A stretch of 32,000 nucleotides of DNA from positions 1,260,001-1,292,000 of the forward strand of contig NC_014408.1 in NCBI RefSeq assembly GCF_000145295.1. The letters are read 5' to 3'. The notes under the pieces were generated by a model that saw nothing but the letters and a program-made list of their open reading frames with translations, did not search any database and was not told the origin of the DNA. Of this stretch, positions 17,838 through 28,177 are shown piece by piece; position 1 is the stretch's first letter; each line of letters begins with the position of its first letter. The stretch is from Methanothermobacter marburgensis str. Marburg. Its GTDB lineage: Archaea > Methanobacteriota > Methanobacteria > Methanobacteriales > Methanothermobacteraceae. A program made the position numbers and the translations under genes.

Positions 17838-18137
17838 TTGAGTAGAGGACATCAGACACAGGAAGTTAGGCGTGTGAGGACGCCCAGGAAGGGCGAGATA
17901 CCTGGAGTTGTTGAGCAGATAATGGGGCACGGGAAGCTCAAGGTGAGGTGTGCCGATGGCCATATAAGGCTCGGCAGGATCCCGGGCAAGATGAAGAAGA
18001 GGATATGGATCCGTGAGGGTGACGTTGTACTTGTAAAGCCATGGGAGTTCCAGAGCGAGGAGAAGGCCGATATAGTGTGGAGGTACACCCGTACAGAGTC
18101 CAACTGGCTTGAGAGGAAGGGCTACCTCAAACTCTGA
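17838..18137 (+). CDS. eif1a: translation initiation factor aIF-1A
   Basis: 99 aa. S1/OB core GHGKLKVRCADGHIRLGRIPGKMKKRIWIREGDVVLV. TTG start 17838 with GAGGAGG at 17824-17830. Confidence 0.93.
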   Translation: MSRGHQTQEVRRVRTPRKGEIPGVVEQIMGHGKLKVRCADGHIRLGRIPGKMKKRIWIREGDVVLVKPWEFQSEEKADIVWRYTRTESNWLERKGYLKL

Positions 18138-19013
18138 TTGTCCCGAGAGAAGTTGATTTTAATGGATCCTGAAGAAACAGGGCAGGCCCCTGAACTCAGG
18201 GCGCTTAAATCAGGGGCTGTGGATAGGGTAGACTCTGATCTTGGACGGATGGAGGCCGTCAAGAGGTTGAAGGGTGTTGAGGACCGAAGGGTGGGAAGTG
18301 AGGTCTTTGATGAGCTTACCCTCAAAACACTCTACAAGCTTGCCAACTCAGGTTACCTTGCGGTGCTCAATGGTGCTGTGAGCACAGGTAAGGAGGCGAA
18401 TGTCTTCAAGGGTATAACCGATAACGACGAATTTGTTGCTGTCAAGATCTACCGTGTCGCCACATCTGACTTCAAGAAGATGCAGTACTACATACAGGGC
18501 GACCCGAGATTCAGGGTGAGGACAACCAACAGACGCCAGCTTGTCCAGGCCTGGGTTAACAAGGAGTTCAGGAATCTGAAAAGGGCCCTTGAAGCGGGTG
18601 TCCGTGTGCCAGAACCCGTGGTTGCAAGGGACAACATCCTCATAATGGAGTTCATCGGGGATGACGGTGAACCGGCTCCCACCATGAGGGAGGTTCCGCC
18701 TGATGACCCTGAGAGGGCCCTTGAGTTGATAGTTGAGTACATGCACCGCCTTTACACTGGTGCAAGGCTTGTACATGGGGATCTATCCTTCTTCAACATA
18801 CTGAACCATTCAGGAGAACCAGTTATAATCGACGTATCCCAGGCAATGGTCCTTGACCACCCACTGGCCATGGAACTCCTTGAAAGGGATATAAAGAACG
18901 TGGTCCGTGACTTTAAAAGGCTGGGGGTCAATGTAAGTGAGGATGATATAAGGAAAAAAATTAAAAAAGAAGCGGAGCCCCCTGCAAAAACCAACACCCA
19001 TGAAAAGAATTAA
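18138..19013 (+). CDS. rio1: RIO-type serine/threonine protein kinase (Rio1)
   Basis: ATP loop STGKEANVF, catalytic loop [12 protein letters not shown], metal-binding IIDVSQA. The ORF opens with TTG directly after the aIF-1A TGA. An alternative start is ATG 18162. Confidence 0.9.
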   Translation: MSREKLILMDPEETGQAPELRALKSGAVDRVDSDLGRMEAVKRLKGVEDRRVGSEVFDELTLKTLYKLANSGYLAVLNGAVSTGKEANVFKGITDNDEFVAVKIYRVATSDFKKMQYYIQGDPRFRVRTTNRRQLVQAWVNKEFRNLKRALEAGVRVPEPVVARDNILIMEFIGDDGEPAPTMREVPPDDPERALELIVEYMHRLYTGARLVHGDLSFFNILNHSGEPVIIDVSQAMVLDHPLAMELLERDIKNVVRDFKRLGVNVSEDDIRKKIKKEAEPPAKTNTHEKN

Positions 19014-19159
19014 AGAGCCACGGAAAACCACAACCTGACAGAAAGAATTAAAAAATAAAACCTTAAAAAATTACCTGGAACCTGAAGAGAAGGATCCATC
19101 CCAGATAACAGAGCAGAAATAGAAACTCCACTGGATACTTTACAGAAAGTTATTGTAGG

Positions 19160-19168
19160 TTTTATAAA
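19160..19168 (+). promoter_or_regulatory. candidate TATA box for the KH/Dim2-like gene
   Basis: TTTTATAAA is centred ~27 nt upstream of the SD GAGGTGA (19191-19197). Confidence 0.35.
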
Positions 19169-19202
19169 CGTTTATCCTTATTTATTCATTGAGGTGAATC
19201 AG

Positions 19203-19769
19203 ATGCCCACCGAGGAATATCTCAAAATACCCCGAGAAAGGGTTGGAGTTCTGATAGGTAAGAATGGTGAGGTCAAGGCACAGATTGAGCGTCTAACGCA
19301 GACAGACCTTGAAATTGACAGCGAAACCGGTGCAGTTACACTCATACCCCATGATGAACTCGACGACCCCCTGTCACCATGGAAGGCAAGGAACATAGTC
19401 AGGGCCATAGGACGTGGCTTCAACCCGGAGGTTGCCCTCCGGCTCCTGGATGACGATGTTGCCCTTGACATCATCAAGATAACCGACTATGTCGGTAAAT
19501 CCAAAAAGGCCATAGCAAGGCAGAAGGGCCGTGTAATAGGTAGGGGCGGTATAACCAGACGCATAATCCATGATATGACCGGTGTGGATATATCGGTCTA
19601 TGGAAAAACCGTTGCACTGATAGGTGAATTTGAAAAACTCTCAGTTGCAAGGGAAGCCGTTGAAATGATACTTAATGGCGCCAGACACAAGTCTGTGTAC
19701 GCATTTCTTGAAAAGAAGAAACAGGAAATGAAAATGAAGGAGTTTGAGGAAGGCGTTAAATTCATGTAA
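19203..19769 (+). CDS. KH-domain RNA-binding protein (Dim2/Pno1-like)
   Basis: Two KH GxxG loops ([25 protein letters not shown]). ATG 19203 is preceded by GAGGTGA (19191-19197). The track start GTG 19194 lies inside that SD. Confidence 0.8.
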   Translation: MPTEEYLKIPRERVGVLIGKNGEVKAQIERLTQTDLEIDSETGAVTLIPHDELDDPLSPWKARNIVRAIGRGFNPEVALRLLDDDVALDIIKITDYVGKSKKAIARQKGRVIGRGGITRRIIHDMTGVDISVYGKTVALIGEFEKLSVAREAVEMILNGARHKSVYAFLEKKKQEMKMKEFEEGVKFM

Positions 19770-19868
19770 ACTCCACCATAAACCTGTTTTTTGTAAGGGC
19801 AAATTTCAATTATTTCACATGTATCGCCCGAACTATGCTTTCTGTAATAGTTACATCTAGGGTATAAG

Positions 19869-19876
19869 TTTATATG
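19869..19876 (+). promoter_or_regulatory. candidate TATA box for the top6BA operon
   Basis: TTTATATG is a near-consensus methanogen TATA. It would place the transcription start near 19899-19901. Confidence 0.35.
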
Positions 19877-19884
19877 CTATAAGT

Positions 19885-19898
19885 TACACATATGTGTA
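19885..19898. promoter_or_regulatory. perfect 14-bp palindrome between the candidate TATA box and the predicted transcription start of top6B
   Basis: TACACATATGTGTA, with all 7 pairs complementary. A further ATGTGTA half-site lies at 19916-19922. Confidence 0.4.
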
Positions 19899-19957
19899 TA
19901 TGAGCATGGTATCCCATGTGTATTATCCTGTGAAAAATTATTTAAGGAGGCGAACTT

Positions 19958-21524
19958 TTGGCTAGGCAAGCTTTGGATCTCTTTGACGAAGGATTCCAGG
20001 AACTCACCCCCTCAGAATTCTTCAGAAAAAACAAGCAGATGCTGGGTTTTACAGGAAAAATAAGGTCACTGACGATAGTTTTTCATGAACTCATAACAAA
20101 CAGTTTTGACGCCGCAGAGGAGGCGGGCATACTCCCTGAGATCAAAATAGATCTCAAGAGAATTGGTAAGGACCACTACATCCTCAGACACCAGGACAAC
20201 GGCCCAGGGATACCTGAAAAGTACATTCCAAAGGTATTCTGTACCATGTTCGCCGGGTCCAAATTCAGGAACATCCAGTCCAGGGGGCAGCAGGGACTTG
20301 GATGCAGTGGTTGCGTGCTATTATCACAGATGACCACAGGTAAGCCCATAAAGGTCATCTCAGGGACCAGGGAAAACGGAGAACTCAAGGGGGTCAAGAT
20401 GACCCTCAAGATGGACGTTAAGAAGAACCAGGGCCTCATACTCGAAAAGGAGGAGGTGGAGGTTGAGGACACAGGTGTCTGCATAGAACTCCACTTCAAG
20501 GACGTCTCCTACTCACTATCAGAGCAGGGGGCCTACGAGTACATAAGGAGGACAATGATAGCCAACCCCCATGCAAAGATAATATTCAATGACCCCACAG
20601 GGAACCGCTACGTCTTCAACAGGGCATCAGACGTCATCCCACCAATGCCAAAGGAGGTCCTCCCCCACCCATGGGGCGTCACAGCCGATGACCTCATATT
20701 CATGGCAAAGCACACCGACAAGAGACGCTTCAGGAGCATGCTTACAAGCAACCTCTCAAGGATGTCCTCCAAGAAGATAAAGGAACTCGAGGAACTCACA
20801 GGCATAGACCTCAACAAGCGCCCCAAGGATATGAAGTGGGAGGAGGCCGAAAGCATAGTTGAGGCCTTCAAGAAGATGAAGTTCATGTCACCACCAACCT
20901 CAGGCCTCATACCCATCGGGGAGGAGCAGATTGAGAAGGGTATGAGGGAGATACTCCAGCCAGAGTTCACCGCCACCGTGACAAGGAAACCCAAAACCTA
21001 CCGTGGGGGTATAGCCTTTGTGGTTGAGGCCGGTATAGCCTACGGTGGAAACTCCGGTAGAATGGTTGGTGACCAGAGGAAGGCCGAGATAATGAGGTTC
21101 GCCAACAGGGTCCCCCTCACCTTTGACGCAGGTAGCTGCGCAATAACCGAGGGTGTTAAGAGCCTTGACTGGAGGCGCTACGGCATAAGGGACCTTGAAA
21201 ATACGCCACTCACCATATTCGTGAATATCGTATCAACCAACGTCCCCTACCTCTCAACAGGTAAGCAGAGCGTGGCACCTGAACCTGAAATACTCCATGA
21301 GATCAGGCAGGCCACCATGATAGCTGCAAGAAAACTCTACAAGTACCTCAGGAAGAAGAAGGCCGCCAAGGAGGAGGCTGAGAGGGCCAAAGTATTTGAA
21401 ACATACGTTCCGGTGATCATAAAGCAGGCGGCTCTCCTGGCAGAGAGGGAGGCACCTGATTACAGGGAACTCCTGGACACAGTTACAAGAAGGGCAAAAC
21501 TTGAAATTCTGGGGGAATCACTAG

Positions 21525-21532
<8 letters not shown>
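19958..21532 (+). CDS. top6B: DNA topoisomerase VI subunit B
   Basis: Bergerat-fold boxes [15 protein letters not shown] and GQQGLG, with a transducer domain following. TTG start 19958 with AAGGAGG at 19944-19950. Confidence 0.93.
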
Positions 21533-22572
<1,040 letters not shown>

Positions 22573-22586
<14 letters not shown>

Positions 22587-22623
22587 AACTGTTCTCCATA
22601 ACTTTTGTTTTTATTTATTTTTT
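22573..22623 (+). terminator. stem-loop plus T-rich tract at the end of top6A
   Basis: TGGAGAAC (22573-22580) pairs with GTTCTCCA (22591-22598). The loop contains the TAA stop and is followed by TTTTGTTTTTATTTATTTTTT. Confidence 0.5.
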
Positions 22624-22675
22624 AGAATAAGAGAATTCCTCATGTCTTAAACTCAACTGGTTTTTAATGGTTATC

Positions 22676-22747
22676 CACCCAGAGTAACTCATTCAGAGAT
22701 AATTATAAACCTAAAGTCCCCCCTCACCCAGAGATAACTATATAAAA
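22676..22747 (+). repeat. three copies of CAGAG(A)TAAYT, two of them fused to TATA-like boxes, upstream of gap
   Basis: CACCCAGAGTAACT at 22676-22689, CAGAGATAATTATAAAC at 22694-22710, CACCCAGAGATAACTATATAAAA at 22725-22747. Confidence 0.7.
22739..22746 (+). promoter_or_regulatory. candidate TATA box for gap
   Basis: TATATAAA lies ~90 nt upstream of ATG 22837. A second TATA-like TTATAAAC lies at 22703-22710. Confidence 0.35.
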
Positions 22748-22836
22748 TAATCAATGAGAAATAATATCAGATTACACCTTTAACTTAAGAGGTTCCTCTG
22801 GGAACAGAAGTTTTCAGGGGATAGGAGGTTTCTTTA

Positions 22837-23850
22837 ATGATATCTGTAGCCATTAACGGGTATGGGACAATAGGAAAGAGAGTCGCCGACGCTGTGGCTG
22901 CCCAGGACGACATGAAGGTCGTTGGTGTCAGCAAAACAAAACCTGATTTTGAGGCGAGGGTTGCGATTGAAAAGGGCTATGACCTCTATGTAAGCATCCC
23001 TGAACGTGAAAAGCTCTTTGATGATGCAGGAATCCCTGTGAGCGGTACCGTGAAGGACATGCTGGAGGAAGCAGACATCGTGGTTGATGCAACACCAGAG
23101 GGCATCGGTGCCAAGAACCTTGAACTGTACCGTGAAAAGGGAATAAAGGCCATATTCCAGGGTGGTGAAAAGCACGACGCCATTGGACTCTCCTTCAACT
23201 CCTTCACAAACTACGAAGAGTCACTGGGGGCCGACTACACAAGGGTTGTTTCCTGCAACACCACCGGCCTCTGCAGGACCCTCAAACCAATAGATGACCT
23301 CTGCGGGATAAAAAAGGTAAGGGCAGTGATGGTAAGAAGGGGTGCTGACCCTGTACAGGTGAAAAAGGGTCCAATAAATGCCATTGTACCAAACCCCCCA
23401 ACGGTCCCCTCACACCACGGACCTGACCTCAAAACCGTCATGAAGGGCGTTAATATCCACACCGTTGCACTCCTTGTCCCCACAACACTGATGCACCAGC
23501 ACAACATAATGGTGGAACTGGAGAACCCTGTGGACGCCGATGAGATAAAGGCGAAGCTCGATGAGACAACCAGGGTCATGCTTGTGAAGGCCTCAGAGGG
23601 CCTTGCATCAACCGCAGAGATAATGGAGTACGCCAAGGAACTTGGAAGGTCAAGGAATGACCTCTTCGAGATACCTGTCTGGGAGGAGTCCATAAACGTG
23701 GTTGAAGGGGAACTATTCTACATGCAGGCGGTCCACCAGGAATCCGATGCCGTCCCCGAGAGTGTGGATGCAATAAGGGCCCTCCTTGAACTTGAAGAGG
23801 ACAACATGAAGTCCATAATGAAGACCAACAGGGCCATGGGCATACTCTAA
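22837..23850 (+). CDS. gap: glyceraldehyde-3-phosphate dehydrogenase, archaeal type II
   Basis: [15 protein letters not shown] Rossmann start and catalytic Cys in VVSCNTTGL. Length of 337 aa is typical. AGGAGG at 22823-22828. Confidence 0.95.
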   Translation: MISVAINGYGTIGKRVADAVAAQDDMKVVGVSKTKPDFEARVAIEKGYDLYVSIPEREKLFDDAGIPVSGTVKDMLEEADIVVDATPEGIGAKNLELYREKGIKAIFQGGEKHDAIGLSFNSFTNYEESLGADYTRVVSCNTTGLCRTLKPIDDLCGIKKVRAVMVRRGADPVQVKKGPINAIVPNPPTVPSHHGPDLKTVMKGVNIHTVALLVPTTLMHQHNIMVELENPVDADEIKAKLDETTRVMLVKASEGLASTAEIMEYAKELGRSRNDLFEIPVWEESINVVEGELFYMQAVHQESDAVPESVDAIRALLELEEDNMKSIMKTNRAMGIL

Positions 23851-23891
23851 AAACCAATTTTTTCTATTTAACCCTTTAATCGGGTGTTTTT

Positions 23892-24719
23892 TTGATAAGG
23901 GTTGGTCCTGCAGGGAACCCCGTGGGTTACCGTGGCAGTACAGTCAGTGTTTTCAAAAAGATCAGGGCCATGGGACTCGACGCCTATGAGTACCAGGCAA
24001 CCTATGGCCTCAGGTTAAAGAAGGAAAACGCCCTTAAAATTGGTGAAAATTCAAGGAAGAATGATATACTTGTCTCAATGCACGGCCCCTACTATATAAA
24101 CCTTTCATCAGCCAAGGAGGAGACCATAGAGAAATCAATCCACCGGCTCTTTGACTGTGCGGTTGCAGGGGAGTGGATGGGGGCCTACCGTATTGTATTC
24201 CACCCCGGCTTTTACGGTGACCTTGGGAGGAGAAGGGCATTTGAGCTCTGCAGGAAGTCTATTGGGGAACTGATCTCAAGACTTGAAAGTGCCGGTATCA
24301 GGGACTTCACACTTGCACCTGAGACCACCGGTAAGAGGTCACAGGTGGGGAGTCTAGAGGAGATTATAAGATTCTCAGAGGAATTTGATAACGTCATGCC
24401 CACCGTGGACTTTGCACACATACATGCAAGGGGTGGGGGGTGCATAGGGGGCGCCAGTGATTACAGGAGGATACTTGCGGAGATTGAGGGAAGATTAGGA
24501 GTGGAGCACCTCCACTGCCACTTCACAGGGATAGAGTACACAGATGCGGGAGAGAGGAAGCACCACACCCTATCCGAAGGCTTTGGCCCTCCTGTTGAGC
24601 CCCTCCTTGAGGTGCTGGTTGATGGGGGCTGGGATGCCACCATAATCTCCGAGACACCCCGAAAGGATGAGGATGCAAGGAGGATAAAGGACCTCCTTGA
24701 GGGGTACCTCAGCAGGTGA
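23892..24719 (+). CDS. AP-endonuclease family 2 / endonuclease IV-like TIM-barrel protein
   Basis: 275 aa with metal-ligand-like HGPYYINL, VFHPG, APETTG, DFAHIHARG and HCHFTGIEY, consistent with the xylose-isomerase-like/Nfo fold. TTG start. Confidence 0.7.
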   Translation: MIRVGPAGNPVGYRGSTVSVFKKIRAMGLDAYEYQATYGLRLKKENALKIGENSRKNDILVSMHGPYYINLSSAKEETIEKSIHRLFDCAVAGEWMGAYRIVFHPGFYGDLGRRRAFELCRKSIGELISRLESAGIRDFTLAPETTGKRSQVGSLEEIIRFSEEFDNVMPTVDFAHIHARGGGCIGGASDYRRILAEIEGRLGVEHLHCHFTGIEYTDAGERKHHTLSEGFGPPVEPLLEVLVDGGWDATIISETPRKDEDARRIKDLLEGYLSR

Positions 24720-24844
24720 CGCTGGTCCAGAGAAATAAGGTGTGCGGAATGTCTCAAAATCCACAACTCCAGTTTTTTATATGGGCAGCATGAAGTTGAC
24801 CAAAATCTACACGGATGCTCCGATGTTTCTTGAATTAACCTGAT

Positions 24845-24888
24845 GGAGTGTACTGAAAATACAGATCCCACGGAGTGTACCTAAAACT
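24845..24888 (+). repeat. direct repeat GGAGTGTAC-N2-AAAA, 27-bp spacing, abutting a TATA-like box
   Basis: GGAGTGTACTGAAAAT at 24845-24860 and GGAGTGTACCTAAAACT at 24872-24888. Confidence 0.7.
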
Positions 24889-24895
24889 TTATACA
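24888..24895 (+). promoter_or_regulatory. candidate TATA box for the AAA ATPase gene
   Basis: TTTATACA would place the transcription start near 24917-24920. Confidence 0.3.
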
Positions 24896-24977
24896 CCCCG
24901 ATGCACAATTTACCTATGATGAGTTTATTTCTTGATTATATCACAGTATCAGAACTTGTTTCTGAAGAACAGGTGAT

Positions 24978-26096
24978 GTGGTGAAATTCAATAACATAGT
25001 CTATGACCCCCAGCTAACAGATAAAAAGTTCCCTGTGAAGGCCTCTGATCCTGAAAGGGAGGCAAAACTTGTTGTTCTCCAGCCGGTTGGATACCCCTTC
25101 GTATGCAACCTGATGGAGTCCCCGAGGATAGATGCCGTTAACAAGGAACTCTTTGAGATCTATGCAAGGGACCAGTGGGAGGGTTTCAGTGCAACTGAGG
25201 GTTCCTACCTATTCGACCAGAAACTGCTCCCTGACTATGCATTCAAGATAATAAGGGCCCACCCTGACGGTTCAAAGATAACCAGAAACACCTCCATTAT
25301 ACTGCTGGAGAACGAGAGGGAGGAGTTCCATGAGGTGAAAAGTGATATCACCATGGACGATGTTATCGGTCAGGAGGACGCCAAGATAAAGTGCAGGATA
25401 ATCATGAGGTACCTTGAGGACCCGGACAGATTCAGGGACTGGGCGCCCAGGAACGTCCTCTTCCATGGAAGCCCGGGTACCGGTAAGACCATGCTTGCAA
25501 AGTCCCTTGCAAATGAACTCAGGGTACCCCTCTACCTTATAAAGGCCACAAGCCTCATAGGTGAGCATGTGGGTGACGGTGCGAGGCAGATACATGAACT
25601 CTATGAACTGGCATCAAAAACTGCCCCATCAGTTATATTCATAGATGAGATGGACGCAATTGGCCTCGACCGGAGATTCCAGTCCCTCCGTGGGGACGTC
25701 TCAGAGGTTGTTAACGCACTCCTGACAGAGATGGATGGTATAAATCAGAACTGGGGTGTTGTAACCATAGGGGCGACCAATAACCCTGAACTTCTTGATA
25801 ATGCAATAAGAAGCCGTTTTGAGGAGGAAATAGAGTTCAAGTTACCGGGGGATGATGAGAGGCGGATGATGCTTGAGAAATACATTGAGACCATGCCCCT
25901 GGATGTGGATTTCTCCGTGGACAAACTTGTTAAACTGACAAAAGGGATGTCAGGAAGGGATATAAAGGAGAGGGTGCTTAAAACAGCCCTCCACAGGGCA
26001 CTGGCAGATGAAAGTCCAAGGGTGGAGCGTGAACACATAGAATATGCTCTTAAGGAGCGTGATCTGAAGAGCGAACCCAGGCACATGTTCGCCTAG
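24978..26096 (+). CDS. single-domain AAA+ ATPase with CDC48-N-like N-terminal domain (resembles the AMA group of methanogens/Archaeoglobus)
   Basis: Walker A GSPGTGKT, Walker B VIFIDEMD, second region of homology [17 protein letters not shown] ~140-aa N-domain precedes the single AAA module. GTG start behind AGGTGA. Confidence 0.88.
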   Translation: MVKFNNIVYDPQLTDKKFPVKASDPEREAKLVVLQPVGYPFVCNLMESPRIDAVNKELFEIYARDQWEGFSATEGSYLFDQKLLPDYAFKIIRAHPDGSKITRNTSIILLENEREEFHEVKSDITMDDVIGQEDAKIKCRIIMRYLEDPDRFRDWAPRNVLFHGSPGTGKTMLAKSLANELRVPLYLIKATSLIGEHVGDGARQIHELYELASKTAPSVIFIDEMDAIGLDRRFQSLRGDVSEVVNALLTEMDGINQNWGVVTIGATNNPELLDNAIRSRFEEEIEFKLPGDDERRMMLEKYIETMPLDVDFSVDKLVKLTKGMSGRDIKERVLKTALHRALADESPRVEREHIEYALKERDLKSEPRHMFA

Positions 26097-26101
26097 ATCA
26101 A

Positions 26102-26141
26102 TTTTTTAATTTTATAAAATCCGTTTAAACTTTAATTTTTT
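26102..26141 (+). terminator. oligo-T tracts downstream of the AAA ATPase gene
   Basis: T6 at 26102-26107, directly after the TAG stop, and T6 at 26136-26141. Archaeal RNAP terminates at oligo-T. Confidence 0.4.
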
Positions 26142-26144
26142 AGT

Positions 26145-26335
26145 GGTTAAAGAACTCCATGAGCACAAAACCCAAATTCTCCACAGCCCTTTCCTGGTTA
26201 AAGAACTCCATGAGCACAAAACCCAATTCTCTACAGTCTTTTCCCGTTTAAAGAACTCCATGAGCACAAAACCCAATTCTCTACAGTCTTTTCCCGTTTA
26301 AAGAACTCCATGAGCACAAAACCCAATTCTCTACA
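26145..26335. repeat. head-to-tail tandem repeat, 50-bp unit, ~3.8 copies
   Basis: Units are 26145-26195 (51 bp, diverged), 26196-26245, 26246-26295 and 26296-26335 (truncated). Units 2 and 3 differ at 1 position. Unit 4 is identical to unit 3 over 40 nt. Consensus: GTTTAAAGAACTCCATGAGCACAAAACCCAATTCTCTACAGTCTTTTCCC. Confidence 0.95.
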
Positions 26336-26354
26336 TTAAGAGATCAGGAAATCC

Positions 26355-26361
26355 AAAAAAA
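26355..26361 (-). terminator. T7 tract immediately downstream of the hemA stop
   Basis: An A7 run on the + strand at 26355-26361 is a T7 run on the coding strand, 1 nt after the TAG stop (26363-26365). Confidence 0.45.
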
Positions 26362-26362
26362 C

Positions 26363-27559
26363 CTAAGATTCATCACAATCAAAGAGCTCAGAACACATCC
26401 TCAAGAACTCTCTATCATCCCTCTCTGCAGCATCCCTGATTTTCAGTGCAATATCATGGAATATCTTATCAACTATTGACCTTGTGAGACCCTCAACAAC
26501 CCTCTCAGGGTCCTTGCTGTTTTCAATTTTCTTAATTGCCTTACCTGCCTCCCTCTGCCGGAGGGACTCCATGCGCCCCCTTATTTCAGCAAGAAGTGGC
26601 TCCACCTCCCTGTGCTTCATGGCCCTCAGGAGGAGTTCAAGTTCAGCCCTTACTATCCCCTCAGCCTCCCTTGCCTCGGCCTCTCTCCTCTTCCGGTTCT
26701 CCTCGGCCACGCCCCTGAGGTCATCGATTGTGAATAGCCTGACTCCAAGTTCCCTCACGGATTCCTCTATATCCCTTGGGTTGGCTATGTCCACCATCAC
26801 AATGCTGGACCTCCTCTCAGGGGGAACCGCATCCATGACACGCTCACGGGTGAGTATGTAGTGGGGTGAGCCTGTGGCACTTATAACAACATCTGCATCC
26901 CTGAGGGCCCTGTTGAGCCTGTCGAAGTGTATTGCATCACCGCCGAGTTCGCATGCAAGCTGGTAGGCCCTCTCATATGTTCTGTTTGCAACCATTATTG
27001 CCTTGAGGTGCTTTTCGGCGAGGGCACGGGCAACCAGTGTCCCCATTTTACCGGCCCCTATAACAAGGACCTTCTTGCATTTCAGGTCACCGTGTATTGA
27101 CTCTGCAAGATCAACAGCCGCTGATCCTATTGAGACAGAACCCCTGTTTATCTTCGTCTTCCGCCTCACGGTCTGTCCCACATGGACCGCCTTGGTGAAC
27201 ACCATATCAAGGAGGGGCCCGCAGGTGCCCTCACGGAGGGCCTGTAGCCTTGCAGCCTTTATTTGTCCAAGTATCTGGTCCTCCCCGATTATCATGGACT
27301 CAAGGCCTGAAGCCAGTCTCAGAAGGTGCAGAAGGGCATCCTCATCTTTTTCAACTGTAAATCCATTAAAATCAAATTCAGGTGGGACCCCTGTGACATG
27401 AAGGTAGTACTCGACCCTGTTGCAGGTCATCAGTGGCACCTTCTCGGTCACGGCTCCAAGGGCCTCAAGTTCACCCACAATCTCCTCTATTCTGCCTGAT
27501 GCTGTCTCCATTGTCTTCACATCAGAGGTCTTGTGGTCGAGTCTTATGTTAAGAATCAC
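26363..27559 (-). CDS. hemA: glutamyl-tRNA reductase
   Basis: 398 aa. Catalytic Cys context PLMTCNRVEYY, NADPH loop VLVIGAGKMG, long C-terminal dimerisation helix. GTG start overlaps the upstream gene by 11 nt. Confidence 0.93.
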   Translation of the reverse strand: MILNIRLDHKTSDVKTMETASGRIEEIVGELEALGAVTEKVPLMTCNRVEYYLHVTGVPPEFDFNGFTVEKDEDALLHLLRLASGLESMIIGEDQILGQIKAARLQALREGTCGPLLDMVFTKAVHVGQTVRRKTKINRGSVSIGSAAVDLAESIHGDLKCKKVLVIGAGKMGTLVARALAEKHLKAIMVANRTYERAYQLACELGGDAIHFDRLNRALRDADVVISATGSPHYILTRERVMDAVPPERRSSIVMVDIANPRDIEESVRELGVRLFTIDDLRGVAEENRKRREAEAREAEGIVRAELELLLRAMKHREVEPLLAEIRGRMESLRQREAGKAIKKIENSKDPERVVEGLTRSIVDKIFHDIALKIRDAAERDDREFLRMCSELFDCDES

Positions 27560-28166
27560 CTGAAGCCCCCCTATCCATGATTATGTCCCGAGCCCTTCTT
27601 ATGGCACCCTCCAGATCACCAGCTTCAAGTTTTTCCTGTACCATTTTATCCTCTGAGATCTCATAGAGAATTCTGCGCCTCTTTCTGTGATCCTGGACCT
27701 CTTCCATTAGCATGCGGCGGGATACATCCTGAACCTCAATCATTAGTATATCCTCTGGTTTTATGGCCTCCTGGATCCTCCTGCGAAGGTATTTTGCCAT
27801 AAGTGGACTCTTTTTACCTGTGAATACTGAGATTGAAACATCCGCTATTTTGAATGTCGATGGGACAACCACGTTACCCCTTGATGGGTCATCTGCCCGG
27901 TTAAGGAGTTTGCCACCTGCAAGTTCAGTTACCCTTTCATTGAGGCTTCTATCGGGACTTGCGGCAACTATGAGGTCTGCCTTCTTAATCCACTCCTCAA
28001 GTTTTTCTTCTGTGATTGAAACAGCGCCTTCAACTTCCTGTCCAAGAACCGCGACCTCTGCACCGGCCTCGATGAACCTCATCGCCCTTCTTCTTCCAAC
28101 TTCACCTGAACCCACCACGAGTACCCTCTTACCTTCCATGTCAATGTAGAGGGGTGTGAGGGACAT
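27549..28166 (-). CDS. sirC: precorrin-2 dehydrogenase / sirohydrochlorin-forming enzyme (siroheme synthase N-domain, SirC/Met8-like)
   Basis: 205 aa. Rossmann start KRVLVVGSGEVGRRR, size and layout of the CysG-N/Met8 family. Overlaps hemA. Confidence 0.85.
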   Translation of the reverse strand: MSLTPLYIDMEGKRVLVVGSGEVGRRRAMRFIEAGAEVAVLGQEVEGAVSITEEKLEEWIKKADLIVAASPDRSLNERVTELAGGKLLNRADDPSRGNVVVPSTFKIADVSISVFTGKKSPLMAKYLRRRIQEAIKPEDILMIEVQDVSRRMLMEEVQDHRKRRRILYEISEDKMVQEKLEAGDLEGAIRRARDIIMDRGASGDS

Positions 28167-28177
28167 TTTACCATCCG

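Noticed and set aside
24775-24843. The TTTTATAT box (24775-24782) followed by a 20-codon ORF MGSMKLTKIYTDAPMFLELT* as an independent small gene.
   Set aside because: The T-run is equally well explained as the terminator of the endonuclease-IV-like gene. The ATG lies too close to the box to be downstream of its transcription start, and there is no SD.
24916-24965. C/D-box sRNA-like pattern: ATGATGA (C box) at 24916-24922 and CTGA (D box) at 24962-24965, 50 nt overall.
   Set aside because: There are no recognisable internal D' or C' boxes and no terminal stem. The element overlaps the SD-proximal leader of the AAA gene. The ATGATGA is better explained as the start of the 22-codon leader ORF.
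26145-26335. The tandem repeat as a CRISPR array.
   Set aside because: The units are directly abutting with no unique spacers, the 50-bp unit has no palindromic core, and there are no cas genes or leader in the window.
26159-26339. Micro-ORFs inside the tandem repeat: + strand MSTKPKFSTALSWLKNSMSTKPNSLQSFPV* and MSTKPNSLQSFPV*; minus strand 26-49-aa frames starting MEFFKREKTVENW.
   Set aside because: No SD precedes any of the ATGs. The unit length of 50 is not a multiple of 3, so the frames are accidental by-products of repetition. The region lies beyond the oligo-T tracts of both flanking genes. I cannot exclude them without ribosome profiling.
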